Positions 18,677 through 29,535 of a stretch of DNA of 42,493 nt are shown piece after piece. The notes under the pieces were generated by a model. That model had not been told where the DNA came from and ran no database searches. It saw nothing but the letters and a program-made list of their open reading frames with translations. The stretch is taken from sequence record SRR9188677_155. One strand, 5' to 3'. Position 1 is the first letter of the stretch. Each line of letters opens with the position of its first letter. A program made the translations under genes and the position numbers.

Positions 18677-20386
18677 TCACAAAATCCTTGATGAAGAAAT
18701 CTTTATATCTGCATGTTTCCATGCTTCTTCAAAACGAGCCTTAGTCCGTTCGTAACTGTTAGTGTCGCCGAGCTTTTCGTAGGCAGTCATCAGTCCCCTT
18801 AATGCCCATCCGTTTTTAGGATAGACTTTTAAGTCTTCTTGGTAAACACGTACTGCCTCCTTGTATTTCTTAGCCTCCAATAGCACTGCTCCTAAATTCT
18901 GTCGAACAGAAAAAGGCCATTCCGGCGGTTCGGCATAGTTTAGAGAATCTTCGTCAGCGACAGCTTCTGTCAACAGTAAGATTGCTTTCGGATAAATTTT
19001 TTCCTTTGCACTTATTTCTCCCTCGAGCGTTTTTGCGGCGATCACACACTGTTTCCAACTAGACATTGTTTTTAAGGCAGAATCTGCCAGCAACGGTTTC
19101 ATTGCACTCAAATGTTTTTTTGCAAGACTAACATCATTCTTCGAAAGGCTAGCCATTCCCTTTGCATAGTTCCAGATTACAGTCGGATATTTAAAATCTT
19201 TATCCGTAGTAGAGTGCAAAATTTGGTTCCAAAGGCCCAGTTTCACAGCCACAAACCATTTGATGGCATAAAAGCTCTGGAACGATGACCATGCCTGGTC
19301 AAGAAGCAATTTTTTATTGGTATGGTAAACGATATCCTGCGCTGCTTTAATTGCTGCTTTACTTTCGCCACCCAGTGTGGCGCATGCAGCAATGAAGTGA
19401 TAGTTGTGAGGATAATAAGCTGAGGGATACATGCCTTTGGCATAACAGTTTTCGGTGTACAAACTATCGGCAAGAATCGCTTTTAAGTTGCTTACCACAC
19501 CATCGTGGTAGCGCCCTGTTCGTATGTACGTGTGAGAAGGCATATGAACAAGATGTCCCGAACCCGGCACCAGATCACGAAGCAGGTTGGCACTTGCGAT
19601 TGCCTTTTCCGGACGTTGCGACGCCTCTGTTGCATGAATGTAAAAATGATTGGCTCCTACGTGCCCGGGCGTTTTTTGTATAGAAATTTCAAGCACGGCT
19701 ATAATCTCAGGCGTCCACGGCTGGGCAGTTCCGTCTTTTTTCCAAAGGTCCCACGGATGTAAATCCATTAATGATTCGGCAAAGAGTGCGGCTACATGGC
19801 CATCGTTTCCATGTTTGTTATAAAGGCGCCGCATGGCAACAGCGTATGAAGAGTCAAGAACGGGTCGTGCTAACGTTGTATCGCTGGAATAGCGGTGGCT
19901 GAGCGCTTCAATCAGATCTTTTTCTTTTTGTGTGCAAGAAACAGAGTACAATTTTGCCTTCTTCACAGCATCATAGGCCCGTTGAAAATTGCTCTTTGCC
20001 ATACCTGCATTGTAGTTGGGCCCGAGTACATAAGCAAATCCCCACCAGCACATCGCGGACGTTGAATCCTGCCTGGTTGCTTCGAAAAATGAGCGCGCTG
20101 CTTCCGCATGATTAAAGCCATAAGCCAGCATTAAGCCTTGGTTGAAATATTTCTGTGCCTCAGCATTTTTTGTTGTGATAGGAAAATATATGCCTTCCAA
20201 TCCTTTAAATAAGGGAGCTTTCTTGCCAGAAATGTACCATTCTTTATCGGTCGGGTCAGGAAGGCCACAAATCGGTGGACTCTGACTAACATCTGCATTG
20301 ACTCGCTTTTCTTTATTTTCAGATTGTCGATCACACGAATAAAAGAGAATGCTAACCGATAAGGTCCACAAAAAGTAGGCTTTCAT
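18677..20386 (-). CDS. TPR-containing lipoprotein
   Basis: Lipobox YSC; AQKYFNQGL..YGFNHAEA, HVGANHFYIH, GHLVHMPSHTY, YPKNGWAL. Confidence 0.8.
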   Translation of the reverse strand: MKAYFLWTLSVSILFYSCDRQSENKEKRVNADVSQSPPICGLPDPTDKEWYISGKKAPLFKGLEGIYFPITTKNAEAQKYFNQGLMLAYGFNHAEAARSFFEATRQDSTSAMCWWGFAYVLGPNYNAGMAKSNFQRAYDAVKKAKLYSVSCTQKEKDLIEALSHRYSSDTTLARPVLDSSYAVAMRRLYNKHGNDGHVAALFAESLMDLHPWDLWKKDGTAQPWTPEIIAVLEISIQKTPGHVGANHFYIHATEASQRPEKAIASANLLRDLVPGSGHLVHMPSHTYIRTGRYHDGVVSNLKAILADSLYTENCYAKGMYPSAYYPHNYHFIAACATLGGESKAAIKAAQDIVYHTNKKLLLDQAWSSFQSFYAIKWFVAVKLGLWNQILHSTTDKDFKYPTVIWNYAKGMASLSKNDVSLAKKHLSAMKPLLADSALKTMSSWKQCVIAAKTLEGEISAKEKIYPKAILLLTEAVADEDSLNYAEPPEWPFSVRQNLGAVLLEAKKYKEAVRVYQEDLKVYPKNGWALRGLMTAYEKLGDTNSYERTKARFEEAWKHADIKISSSRIL

Positions 20387-20406
20387 GTCTAGTGGTGTTG
20401 AATGAT

Positions 20407-21618
20407 TTACTTTTTACTTTTTATTCTCACAACTTTGCCATTTAATTCATTGAGGCTGCTTCGCTCGATTAAAGCAATGATGTCGCCGCCTGGTAACTGT
20501 TTTATCGTTCTTATCCGCCCTTCGATATTCAAACCAAATGTTTCATCCGTAGCACGATTATACTTCATCAATCGTCCGAACGACAGGGAACCAATTAAAA
20601 AGTGATTGTTCCAATCTGTAATATTGCTACTCTCAACCTTTAGCATACAAGCCGGCCCGATAGATCGGCCACCATCGTTGGTAGGAATGGTCCAGTAATG
20701 TTCCGGCAGCGTCGTTGATTTCACAGCGGAATCTTTCGAAATGATTGAAACGCCCACGCCATTGTAGTGAATGCCATAAGAAAAAAGTGGCCAGCCGTAG
20801 TTATTCCCTTTTTCAATTATATTGAATTCATCACCTCCTTTCGGACCGTGTTCAGCCCCAAAAAGGATATGTTCTGACTTATCGTAATATAGCCCCTGCA
20901 CATCTCTATGGCCATAACTCCATATGGTAGTGGGAGATTTGAAACCCTTAAAAATGGGATTATCGGAAGGAACACTTCCATCTTCCATGAGTCTGTGAAT
21001 TTTTCCACCTTCGGAATTTAGGTCTTGTGAAACCAGGATAGGGTAGTCTTTTGTAGAAAACGCCGAACCACCAACGTTCAGGAAAAAGTGGCTATCATCT
21101 TCCCAAACAATTCTCATACCATTTCCAAAGACATTTTGGTTTTTGGTTGCGTATATTATTTCCAGCTGCCTGATCGAATTATCCTGTATTTTGCATCTGG
21201 CCACATTTGCGAAACAATCGACAGACACGTATGCAAAATATATCCAGGAATTAGTCGTGTAATTGGGGTGGATACTAATGTCCATTAATCCTCCGTGGAC
21301 CAGTTCGGCTTTATCCGTGTGTACTAAAATGGCAACCAATGGCACTCCGCTTATTTCTGTCAACTTACCGTCTTGAAAATGGAACATTTTGCCAATCCTG
21401 TCGGTAATAAAGTATTCATTCTCATTAACTATGGCGACTCCATAAGGAATTGAAAAACCCGTTGCTATGGTTGACACGGAAAAAGCATCGTCACTTATTG
21501 GATAAGGTGACGGAGGCACAAGGATCTCATTTTTTAGATTCTGACCATATGCAGTTAGGCTAAGGCATAATACGATCGAAATTGTGAGGGTAAAACAGAT
21601 CCTGTTGGAATTCTTCAT
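20407..21618 (-). CDS. PQQ-dependent sugar dehydrogenase (glucose/sorbosone dehydrogenase, YliI-like)
   Basis: IWSYGHRDVQG, EHGPKGGDEFN..EKGNNYGWP, GRIR. A signal peptide follows ATG 21618 (the track starts at 21663). Confidence 0.85.
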   Translation of the reverse strand: MKNSNRICFTLTISIVLCLSLTAYGQNLKNEILVPPSPYPISDDAFSVSTIATGFSIPYGVAIVNENEYFITDRIGKMFHFQDGKLTEISGVPLVAILVHTDKAELVHGGLMDISIHPNYTTNSWIYFAYVSVDCFANVARCKIQDNSIRQLEIIYATKNQNVFGNGMRIVWEDDSHFFLNVGGSAFSTKDYPILVSQDLNSEGGKIHRLMEDGSVPSDNPIFKGFKSPTTIWSYGHRDVQGLYYDKSEHILFGAEHGPKGGDEFNIIEKGNNYGWPLFSYGIHYNGVGVSIISKDSAVKSTTLPEHYWTIPTNDGGRSIGPACMLKVESSNITDWNNHFLIGSLSFGRLMKYNRATDETFGLNIEGRIRTIKQLPGGDIIALIERSSLNELNGKVVRIKSKK

Positions 21619-21805
21619 TTTCCGTGATTGGTTGTTTATGGCCCGCCACCGCGGGCCTTTCATGCAGATTTGAATTTCACTATGTCAAATTATTGCCCGC
21701 CCGATTTTAGGGAAGTTTACACGATGATCGTGTTTGATATACGTATAACCATTAGACCAAATTCTAGGCGAGAAAATTATTGGTGCAAATCAGAAGGAGC
21801 AGCGG

Positions 21806-22903
21806 TTATTTTTTGCCTTGAAATACCCTGTTGAAGGGTGTTTCGGTTACCCGTACAAAGCTGCTAAATCCGGCTTTGGTGGCTACATCGGCTAAGGCAT
21901 CATCAGTGGCAACTGTTCCCAAGGCATAAGGACCAGAGGCGATCGCATTCGGCGTGCAACATAACACGGACGCTCCCGAGTACACGCGGCCAACGGGGTT
22001 AAAGTTTTCTTCTGTCGTTCTTCCAGCCATAGGTTCTATTACCATTACCACCCCATCCGAAGCGAGCGCTTCATAGGATTGGCGCAGAGAGCCAACAGGA
22101 TCACCCATGTCGTGAAGACAATCAAAATAGGTGATCAGGTCATAATTTTCACCCGGAAAATCCTGTGCGCTTGCCACGTTGAATTCTACCCTGTTTGCTA
22201 CTCCCTGTTCTTTGGCAATTTCGTTGGCACGGTCAATAGAAGGCTGGTGATTGTCAAAACCAAAGAAACGGGAATTGGGAAATCCCTGCGCCATGATCAG
22301 CGTGGAAATGCCATGACCGGTTCCGATATCAGCTACCTTGGCACCCGCCTGAAGTTTTTCTACGATTCCTTCAACAGCTGGCAACCAGGTTTGTAACAAG
22401 TTTCCGATATAGCTGGGTTTAAAAAATCGTTCCGTACCCTGAAACAAATTGTGGTGATGTTCGCCCCACAACATTCCCTTCCCGGTACGAAATCCTTCTA
22501 TGATCCGCTCATCGGCTTTGCCCATCGCGTTCACAATTTGAAAACCACCTACCACATAAAAAGGGCTGTCTTCTACTGTAAGGGCAACGGCCTGTTCATC
22601 AGGTAAAGTATACTTTTTACTTTGGGGATCGTAGTTCAGGTATCCTCCTGCTGCCTGGTTAATAAGCCACTCACGAACGTAGCGCGAGTCAGTTTGCGTT
22701 TTTTTAGCTAGTTCTTCATGGGTAAGCGGGCCTGCAAATGCCATTGCCTTGTACAAACCCAGTTTATCGCCAATGTAACACAGTGGGGCGCTGAAGGCGG
22801 CGCCGAAGTCAGTTACTACCTTGCCCAGAAAAGCTTCCATTTTCTGAGCATCAATGACCGGTGCTGCGGCGCTGGAAGAGGCATCATTGGATAAATTGTT
22901 CAT
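21806..22903 (-). CDS. Class I SAM-dependent methyltransferase with N-terminal winged helix (Rv2258c-like)
   Basis: GDKLGLYKAM, RYVREWL, VADIGTGHG, FDCLHDMGDP, TPFNRV. Confidence 0.9.
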   Translation of the reverse strand: MNNLSNDASSSAAAPVIDAQKMEAFLGKVVTDFGAAFSAPLCYIGDKLGLYKAMAFAGPLTHEELAKKTQTDSRYVREWLINQAAGGYLNYDPQSKKYTLPDEQAVALTVEDSPFYVVGGFQIVNAMGKADERIIEGFRTGKGMLWGEHHHNLFQGTERFFKPSYIGNLLQTWLPAVEGIVEKLQAGAKVADIGTGHGISTLIMAQGFPNSRFFGFDNHQPSIDRANEIAKEQGVANRVEFNVASAQDFPGENYDLITYFDCLHDMGDPVGSLRQSYEALASDGVVMVIEPMAGRTTEENFNPVGRVYSGASVLCCTPNAIASGPYALGTVATDDALADVATKAGFSSFVRVTETPFNRVFQGKK

Positions 22904-23153
22904 GGAGACGAATATTTAAAATGGTGGAATAATAAATTGCGTAACAACCAGAGCACTATAATCTTGAAACACATTATCTTTTTATTATCATAAATTTATT
23001 AATATTTATCCAATTTTGTTAAATGATGTATCTTAAACTTATTGTACGGTCACTTGACAACTTCATATTGTACTTGAACCCCTTTTTATACCTGAGAGGT
23101 ATATCTTTTCCGATGAAGAATTTGTCAATTTGATATCTTATAATTCTATTTAT

Positions 23154-25286
23154 TCAGGGCTTAGTCGAGTCAGTTTTGCGGGCTTTTTCAGCCTGCGATA
23201 AAATGTAACTTTGCAAATCTGAAACGTCCTGGTCGCTCAGCCGCCGCCCAAAATCGGGCATTCCATTTCCTGTTAACGGCCCTTTACGCACAATTGCTGT
23301 AAAGTTTTCGTGGATACTATTTGGTGATCGTCCTAAATCCGGCAAAGCACCCCCACCACCTGCAACACCGCCGTGGCATCGCTCACAATATTGGACATAC
23401 AGGATTTTTCCATGTTTCATTTCGGCCAAGCTTCCTTTGGCAGGAAGGGTACTCAACGTGCGTTCAGGAGCTGATGCGAACGATGGCGCGGACTGGTTGG
23501 CTCCCAAGGCAAACGTGTAAACGGTGCCTGGATGAAGTGTTGGCGTGAATTTGTAACCCAGTCCAATTACGCCTCCCCAGCCAACGGCAATGGAAACATA
23601 CTGCTTGCCGTCGAGTTGATAGGTAATGGGAGGCGCTATGATGCCCGTACCGACATTTATCTGCCAAAGTACTGTTCCCGTTTTTGCATCATAGGCCCGA
23701 AAGTCGCCGGTCGCTGTGCCCTGAAAAACCAAGCCTGATGTGGTCGTCAATAGTCCGCCGTTCCAGCCAACCGGATGGTCGACACTCCATGCTTCGCGCT
23801 GCGTAACAGGATTCCAGGCAATCAGTTTACCCATTTGTTTTGGCGCTGTGGATTTGGGTTCCTGGCGCAGCGGGTGTGTGGTGTCGTAGCCAACTCCAAC
23901 ATTCCAGCCACTACCGCTACCCATACCACCAACTTTATTCATTGCCCAGTCGGGGTCATGGCCGTATATCATTGAATTGGTCTGAATAGGAATATAAACC
24001 AGCCCCTCTTTTGGATTATAAGCCATAGGCTGCCAGTTATGTCCGCCAATTGGCGAGGGGAAAAGCTCGGCGTTGTGCTTTGTATAACGGCTGAAATCAC
24101 TTTCAATCGGCCGTCCGGTTGTCGAATCAATACCTGTCGCCCAATTGACGAAAGTGTACGGCTTTCCTGATATAAACTGGCCATTTGTGCGATCAATTAC
24201 GTAAAAAAATCCGTTTTTCGGGGCTTGCATAATCACCTTGCGTAATTGGCCTTTAATGGTCAGATCCGCAAGAATCAAATGTTGGGTGGCCGTATAATCC
24301 CAGGATTCGCCCGGTGTGGTTTGATAATGCCAGACAAGCTCGCCCGAATTTGGATTAAGCGCAAGAATCGACGAGATGTACAGATTATCCCCACCTCCGG
24401 GACTGCGATGCTGACGGTTCCACGGAGAGCCATTACCCGTTCCAACGTAAAGCAGGTTTAGAGCAGGATCATAAGCCATCGCATCCCAGGCGGTTCCGCC
24501 CCCGCCATACTTCCACCACTGGCCGGTCCAGGTTTTAGCTGCCTTGGAGAGTGCTTCCGATTCGAACGGTTTCGAAGGATCACCTGGAACGGTATACGTA
24601 CGCCAGATCTGCTTGCCCGTCATGGCATCATAAGCCGACACATAGCCTCTGACACCATACTCCGCTCCACCATTGCCAATAATAACTTTGCCGGCCACAA
24701 CTCTTGGCGCGCCGGTAATGGTATAAGCCTTCGTTGTATCGACCGTTTGTACGGACCAAACAGTTTTTCCAGAACCAGCATGAAGGGCAATCAGGCGTCC
24801 ATCTAAAGTGCCGACGTAAACATTGCCCTTGTAGAGTGCAACTCCCCGGTTTACAACATCACAGCAAGCTTTCTCGGCATAATATCCGGGTACCATTGGG
24901 TCATATTGCCAGCGCAGCTTTCCAGTACGGGCATCGACTGCATAAACCCGGCTCCATGGTCCTGTAAGGTACATTACGCCGTCGGCTACAAGGGGAGTGG
25001 CTTCGATACCACGAGTAATACCCAAGTTAAGACTCCACGCCAAACCAAGTTGTTTTACATTCTCTTTCGTGATTTGGGTCAAAGTGCTATAACGGTCTTC
25101 GGCATAATTGCCACCATACGTGAGCCATTCGTTGGGTGTGTTTTTAGCTTTGATAAGCCGGGCATCGTCGATGGAGTCACCAGGTGAGCTGTCGGTAATC
25201 AGAGCCAGGCTGAATAGACAGGCAAGTAAACAGAAGGAAATTTTGGTAATAAACGGGATACGAGCAGTTGATTCACGAAGTAGCAT
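23154..25286 (-). CDS. Quinohemoprotein PQQ-dependent alcohol dehydrogenase (type II) with C-terminal cytochrome c
   Basis: Vicinal cysteines CCDVVNRG, GAEYGVRG, GTGNGSPW, WDYTATQ, QAPKNGFFY, GGHNWQPM, heme motif CERCH and MP axial ligand. Confidence 0.93.
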   Translation of the reverse strand: MLLRESTARIPFITKISFCLLACLFSLALITDSSPGDSIDDARLIKAKNTPNEWLTYGGNYAEDRYSTLTQITKENVKQLGLAWSLNLGITRGIEATPLVADGVMYLTGPWSRVYAVDARTGKLRWQYDPMVPGYYAEKACCDVVNRGVALYKGNVYVGTLDGRLIALHAGSGKTVWSVQTVDTTKAYTITGAPRVVAGKVIIGNGGAEYGVRGYVSAYDAMTGKQIWRTYTVPGDPSKPFESEALSKAAKTWTGQWWKYGGGGTAWDAMAYDPALNLLYVGTGNGSPWNRQHRSPGGGDNLYISSILALNPNSGELVWHYQTTPGESWDYTATQHLILADLTIKGQLRKVIMQAPKNGFFYVIDRTNGQFISGKPYTFVNWATGIDSTTGRPIESDFSRYTKHNAELFPSPIGGHNWQPMAYNPKEGLVYIPIQTNSMIYGHDPDWAMNKVGGMGSGSGWNVGVGYDTTHPLRQEPKSTAPKQMGKLIAWNPVTQREAWSVDHPVGWNGGLLTTTSGLVFQGTATGDFRAYDAKTGTVLWQINVGTGIIAPPITYQLDGKQYVSIAVGWGGVIGLGYKFTPTLHPGTVYTFALGANQSAPSFASAPERTLSTLPAKGSLAEMKHGKILYVQYCERCHGGVAGGGGALPDLGRSPNSIHENFTAIVRKGPLTGNGMPDFGRRLSDQDVSDLQSYILSQAEKARKTDSTKP

Positions 25287-25718
25287 TTGGTGTGTAGGTT
25301 TACTGTTATTGGATAGCTTTACTCATTCAGGTATCAGTCAGAAACCGGTTGCTTTAAAAAAGAAGTCTTAGTACAGCCGATCCTGAGACAAAGTATTCCA
25401 AAAATTCCGTTAATGGACAGAAAGAAATCGCTGGTTTCGATGCTGCTCTTAGATGTTGATTTTGAGGTAATTAAGCTACAATCTTAACAAAATACATTTT
25501 TACAAACAAACAAAGTGCTACAAATCTGTATATAAGATTTTTGGAAGGCAAAGTTGTATTAAAGCATTGCAAGCGCTCGACATGGAGGTGCGGTCAAATG
25601 TCGTCACAATTGCGAATCAAGTCGCACTTGTATCACCGTTTAATCAATTGATTCTTGCACTTCTTCTGAATTGTTTTAAATTGTAAGACCTCTTAGTCAA
25701 TGTGTTAACCTATCAATT

Positions 25719-28700
25719 ATGGCAACGTATTCATTTTTTTTGGCCTCTTCATTTGAGTTGAAGTCCGAAAGGGAAAGAATTGAACTAATTCTCTCAAAAA
25801 AAAATAAAGAACTAAGCAAGTACAATGTATTCCTGGATTTGACGGTCTGGGAAGATGAAGATGAGTCGATTGCCCCGACGAGAAAACAGAATGACTATAA
25901 TGAGAAATTAAAAGTTGCGGATGTATTGATCATTCTGTACTGGACTAAGGTTGGAAAGTACACGCTGGAGGAATTCAACTTAGCGTACGAGCTCAGTAAA
26001 TCCAACAACCGTGTACCACGTGTTTATGTCTATGAAAAAGAACTTGGAAATGAGGTTGCCGGACCGGGATTAATCGATTTTAAAAATTTAATGAACGAAA
26101 TAGAGCATTTTCCCCGGGTTTTTACATCCCTTGATTCCCTGGAAAATCTTATAAGTCAACGTATAACAACCTTAGTTACCAATGGGTTTATTAAAACTGG
26201 TGTTCCTGCAAAGCTATTGAGTCCAAACGGTGCTGCCGATCCGAACTATTTTATTGGTCGTGAAGAAGAGTTACGAAAAATTCGCGAACGTCTTAATGCG
26301 ACTGGTAAACTCATGATTATAAACGCCGAAGGGGGAATTGGGAAAACGACCCTTGCGGCGCGTTACTGGAACGAAAGCCTTTTTAATTACAAACATAATG
26401 CATGGCTTTTCTGTGAAAATGGAATTATCAATTCATTGAAGGATTTGGCACCTGGCCTAAACCTGGATTTGGAAGGACTTGATGAAAAACAACAGGTTGC
26501 GAAATTGAAAAGGGCGCTAATGGAAGTTCATGACCAGTTGCTGCTAGTGCTTGACAATGCAAACGATCCGGTTGAAATACAGGAATTCAGGCAGGAATTT
26601 GAGGGTTTTCATTGGCATGTACTCATTACAAGCCGTTGTAATGGAGTACTGGATGAGAATCAGGAGTTACCGATAACCCATCTTCCTCCGCCACTGGCAA
26701 AAGACCTGTTCGTTAAATATTATCATGAAGATACGCCTGACTTTGACCAATTGCTTGACCATTTTCTGCTGGCCATTAACTATCACACTCTTTTGGTGGA
26801 AATCTTTGCCAAAAATCTTAACGAGGCGTCTGATGTGGGCGTTACTATGTCGTCTTTTTTAGAGCAGCTGGCATTTAACGGCCTTCTGGATTTAGGCGAT
26901 ATGAACTTCGGTATACGTTCACCATGGGTCGAACGTCAAAAGATAAAAGCGGCCAACGTTGAAGATATTCTGGAATTCTTATATGATTTTTCAGAATTAA
27001 CCGAGCAGCAGCGCCTTGCTCTCGTGAACATTGCCTTGTTGCCTGCCGAAAACTACCCTTTGATATTCCTGATTAGCCTGATAGCATCCGGAGAGATCGG
27101 TTTTCGTTCTATCGTAAAGGAGTTGTACCAAAAAGGATGGCTCGGTGGCGCAGACAAAACTTATCGTATAAGCCCTGTCATACAAAATCTGGTATTAGGC
27201 AAAAATTCGGAAACACTGGCCTTTGATGCGGAACAGATGCTGGACAATCTAGCCGGCAGACTTGAAAATGACGGAAGTCAATTTATTCGAAGCCTGAACG
27301 AAATCGCGCCTTTTGCCCGGCTTGTTCCAGCCTTATCGCAAAACTTGTCTCAATTTTCTTCACCACAATTGAAAGCACTCTTGCTGAATGCGGGGTTATA
27401 CTTCGAATTAACAGGTAATATTTTAGCAGCTAAACAACTGTACGAGGAATACGGCGAACGCAGTAGTGAGGACAATGATGACGAAGCGGTAGCTACCTCG
27501 TATCAAAAATTAGGGCAGCTTTATGGAATCGAGGGTGACAGTGATTCTGCTTTTTTTTATTATCAGGAAGCATATAAGATAAATAATGAACTGCATCAGG
27601 CTTACCCTGATGAAATTTTGTATAAATTCAATCTGGCCTCTTCATTCGATCAGTTTGGTCAATTTTATCAGGATTCGGGTGATCAGAAAAATGCTTTTAA
27701 AAATTTCAGTGAATATCACAGAATAGTTAAAGAAATTTTCGATACAGATCCTCACGATGTTTATTACAAAAATAGTCTGTCCGTCACTTATGCGCGGCTC
27801 GGAAGCTTTTATATAGGCTTAGGGGATCGACAAAATGCGCTTCGTTATTATAATGATTTTCATAGGATTACTAAGGAGATATATCAGATTAATCCTAAAG
27901 ACTTTGTTTTAAAAAATAACCTTTCTATCTCGTTTTCGAATCTGGGAAGTCTGTATGAAAGCACGGGCAATAGAAAACTTGCATTGGAGCACTATCTGGA
28001 ATATCAAAGGCTCATTCAGGAAATTTATGCTGCTAACCCTGAGAATCTCGATTATAAAGATTCTCTGGCTTCATCATACGATTCACTCGGGAACTTTTAC
28101 AACGGTGCTGGCGATAGAAGGAACGCTTTAAAATACTACAACGAATTTCAAAAGATAGCAAAAGAGGTTAACCTTGCCAGTCCGAATCAGCTTTCGTTTA
28201 AGGATAGCCTTGCAACATCATTCGATAGGCTTGGCAACTTTTACGAAAGCGCGGGTGACAGGGACATGGCATTAAGCCATTATACAGAATTTCTGCGTAT
28301 AACGGAGGAAATCTATCAAATAAATCCGGGGTATATTGATTACAAAAACAATATGGCCATTTCTTTCGAACGCCTTGGTGGATTTTATGAGGGGTCGGGT
28401 GATATTGAAAACACTTTGAAATATTACAAACTTTACCAGGGGATTATCAGGGATATATATCAGATAACCCCGGAAAATCTTTTTTACAAAAACAATCTTG
28501 CTGTTTCCTTTGACCGTTTAGGAAAGGTTTATGAAGCCTTGGGGAATTGGCAGGAAGCGTTGGATATGTATACACAATACGAGAAGTTTGCAACCGAAGT
28601 TTTTCTGGCTAGTCCCGAAAATCTTGATTATAAGAACGGTCTGGGTTTTTCTTACAAGAGACTGGGAGCTATTTCAGAAGCGAAAGGTAATTGGGAAGAA

Positions 28701-29420
28701 GCACTAAATTATTATAAGGAAAGAAACCGGATTGTTATCGAAATATCGGAAGCTAGTCCTGACAATGTTGATTACAAAAATAATCTGGGCTTTTCGTATC
28801 TGGCGGTAGGCGTGATTTACCTGGCGCAGACTGATATTGATAGGGCTCTTTCCAACTTGTTGGAATCAATCAAAATCGCCATTGAGAATCACAACAACAA
28901 TCTTGAAATTCTGGAATATCAAAATGATCTGGGACTTACTTTCAAAAGACTTGCGGAAGCCTATTCGGCACTTAACGACTTTGAAAATGAATCAAGATGT
29001 AGTTCAGAATTTTTTTCACATGCAAAGGATCTGTACGGAAAAAGCCCGAATATCATTGAATACAAGAATAATTATGCTGATTCCTGCACGCAAATGGCCA
29101 AAGTCTGTTCCCGTCAAAACAAAATAGGTGAGGCGGTGACTTTGTTGTTCGAAGGGAGAAATCTGCTAACGGAGGTATTAAAGGAAACCAACGGACAAAT
29201 AATCGAATATGCCTATCAGTACGGACTGAACAGTTACGAATTGAGTCGCTTAGGAGACTCTGTCATTCATAGGAGTCAGCCCGTATCTGATGAAGCGAAT
29301 AAAAAAACGGAGATAGCAGAATTGATACGAAAAGAAGGGTTGGATTCGGTTAAGGGACTGGCTGAACAAGGGAGGCTAAAAGCAAGTCAACTTTGGTTGA
29401 TTGACGCGTTGGCAAAATAA
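25719..29420 (+). CDS. NLR-like protein: TIR/DUF4062-like effector domain, STAND (NB-ARC-like) NTPase and TPR array
   Basis: N-terminal FFLASSFELKSER...VGKYTLEEF; FIGREEEL, Walker A AEGGIGKT, Walker B LLLVLDN, LITSR; long TPR region. Confidence 0.85.
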   Translation: MATYSFFLASSFELKSERERIELILSKKNKELSKYNVFLDLTVWEDEDESIAPTRKQNDYNEKLKVADVLIILYWTKVGKYTLEEFNLAYELSKSNNRVPRVYVYEKELGNEVAGPGLIDFKNLMNEIEHFPRVFTSLDSLENLISQRITTLVTNGFIKTGVPAKLLSPNGAADPNYFIGREEELRKIRERLNATGKLMIINAEGGIGKTTLAARYWNESLFNYKHNAWLFCENGIINSLKDLAPGLNLDLEGLDEKQQVAKLKRALMEVHDQLLLVLDNANDPVEIQEFRQEFEGFHWHVLITSRCNGVLDENQELPITHLPPPLAKDLFVKYYHEDTPDFDQLLDHFLLAINYHTLLVEIFAKNLNEASDVGVTMSSFLEQLAFNGLLDLGDMNFGIRSPWVERQKIKAANVEDILEFLYDFSELTEQQRLALVNIALLPAENYPLIFLISLIASGEIGFRSIVKELYQKGWLGGADKTYRISPVIQNLVLGKNSETLAFDAEQMLDNLAGRLENDGSQFIRSLNEIAPFARLVPALSQNLSQFSSPQLKALLLNAGLYFELTGNILAAKQLYEEYGERSSEDNDDEAVATSYQKLGQLYGIEGDSDSAFFYYQEAYKINNELHQAYPDEILYKFNLASSFDQFGQFYQDSGDQKNAFKNFSEYHRIVKEIFDTDPHDVYYKNSLSVTYARLGSFYIGLGDRQNALRYYNDFHRITKEIYQINPKDFVLKNNLSISFSNLGSLYESTGNRKLALEHYLEYQRLIQEIYAANPENLDYKDSLASSYDSLGNFYNGAGDRRNALKYYNEFQKIAKEVNLASPNQLSFKDSLATSFDRLGNFYESAGDRDMALSHYTEFLRITEEIYQINPGYIDYKNNMAISFERLGGFYEGSGDIENTLKYYKLYQGIIRDIYQITPENLFYKNNLAVSFDRLGKVYEALGNWQEALDMYTQYEKFATEVFLASPENLDYKNGLGFSYKRLGAISEAKGNWEEALNYYKERNRIVIEISEASPDNVDYKNNLGFSYLAVGVIYLAQTDIDRALSNLLESIKIAIENHNNNLEILEYQNDLGLTFKRLAEAYSALNDFENESRCSSEFFSHAKDLYGKSPNIIEYKNNYADSCTQMAKVCSRQNKIGEAVTLLFEGRNLLTEVLKETNGQIIEYAYQYGLNSYELSRLGDSVIHRSQPVSDEANKKTEIAELIRKEGLDSVKGLAEQGRLKASQLWLIDALAK
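27603..29180 (+). repeat. Intragenic array of 48-aa (144-bp) TPR-like repeats, about 11 units
   Basis: Units start YPDE, DPHD, NPKD, NPEN, SPNQ, NPGY, TPEN, SPEN, SPDN, NLEI, SPNI; consensus P-x4-YKNxLAxSxxxLGxxY. Confidence 0.85.
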
Positions 29421-29461
29421 TCCTAACTCAATGATTGCACACGCAGGGTTGAATTGCGCGA

Positions 29462-29513
29462 CGTTTGTAACGCGGTTGTCAAAATTATTGACATGTAACG
29501 CGCGTTACAAACG
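29462..29513. repeat. Inverted pair of REP-like palindromes (BIME-like) between convergent genes
   Basis: CGTTTGTAACGCG (29462-29474) and CGCGTTACAAACG (29501-29513) are a perfect 13-bp inverted repeat, with an inner TGTCAA/TTGACA hairpin. Confidence 0.75.
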
Positions 29514-29535
29514 CTTCACGAGAGCAATCAACCTA

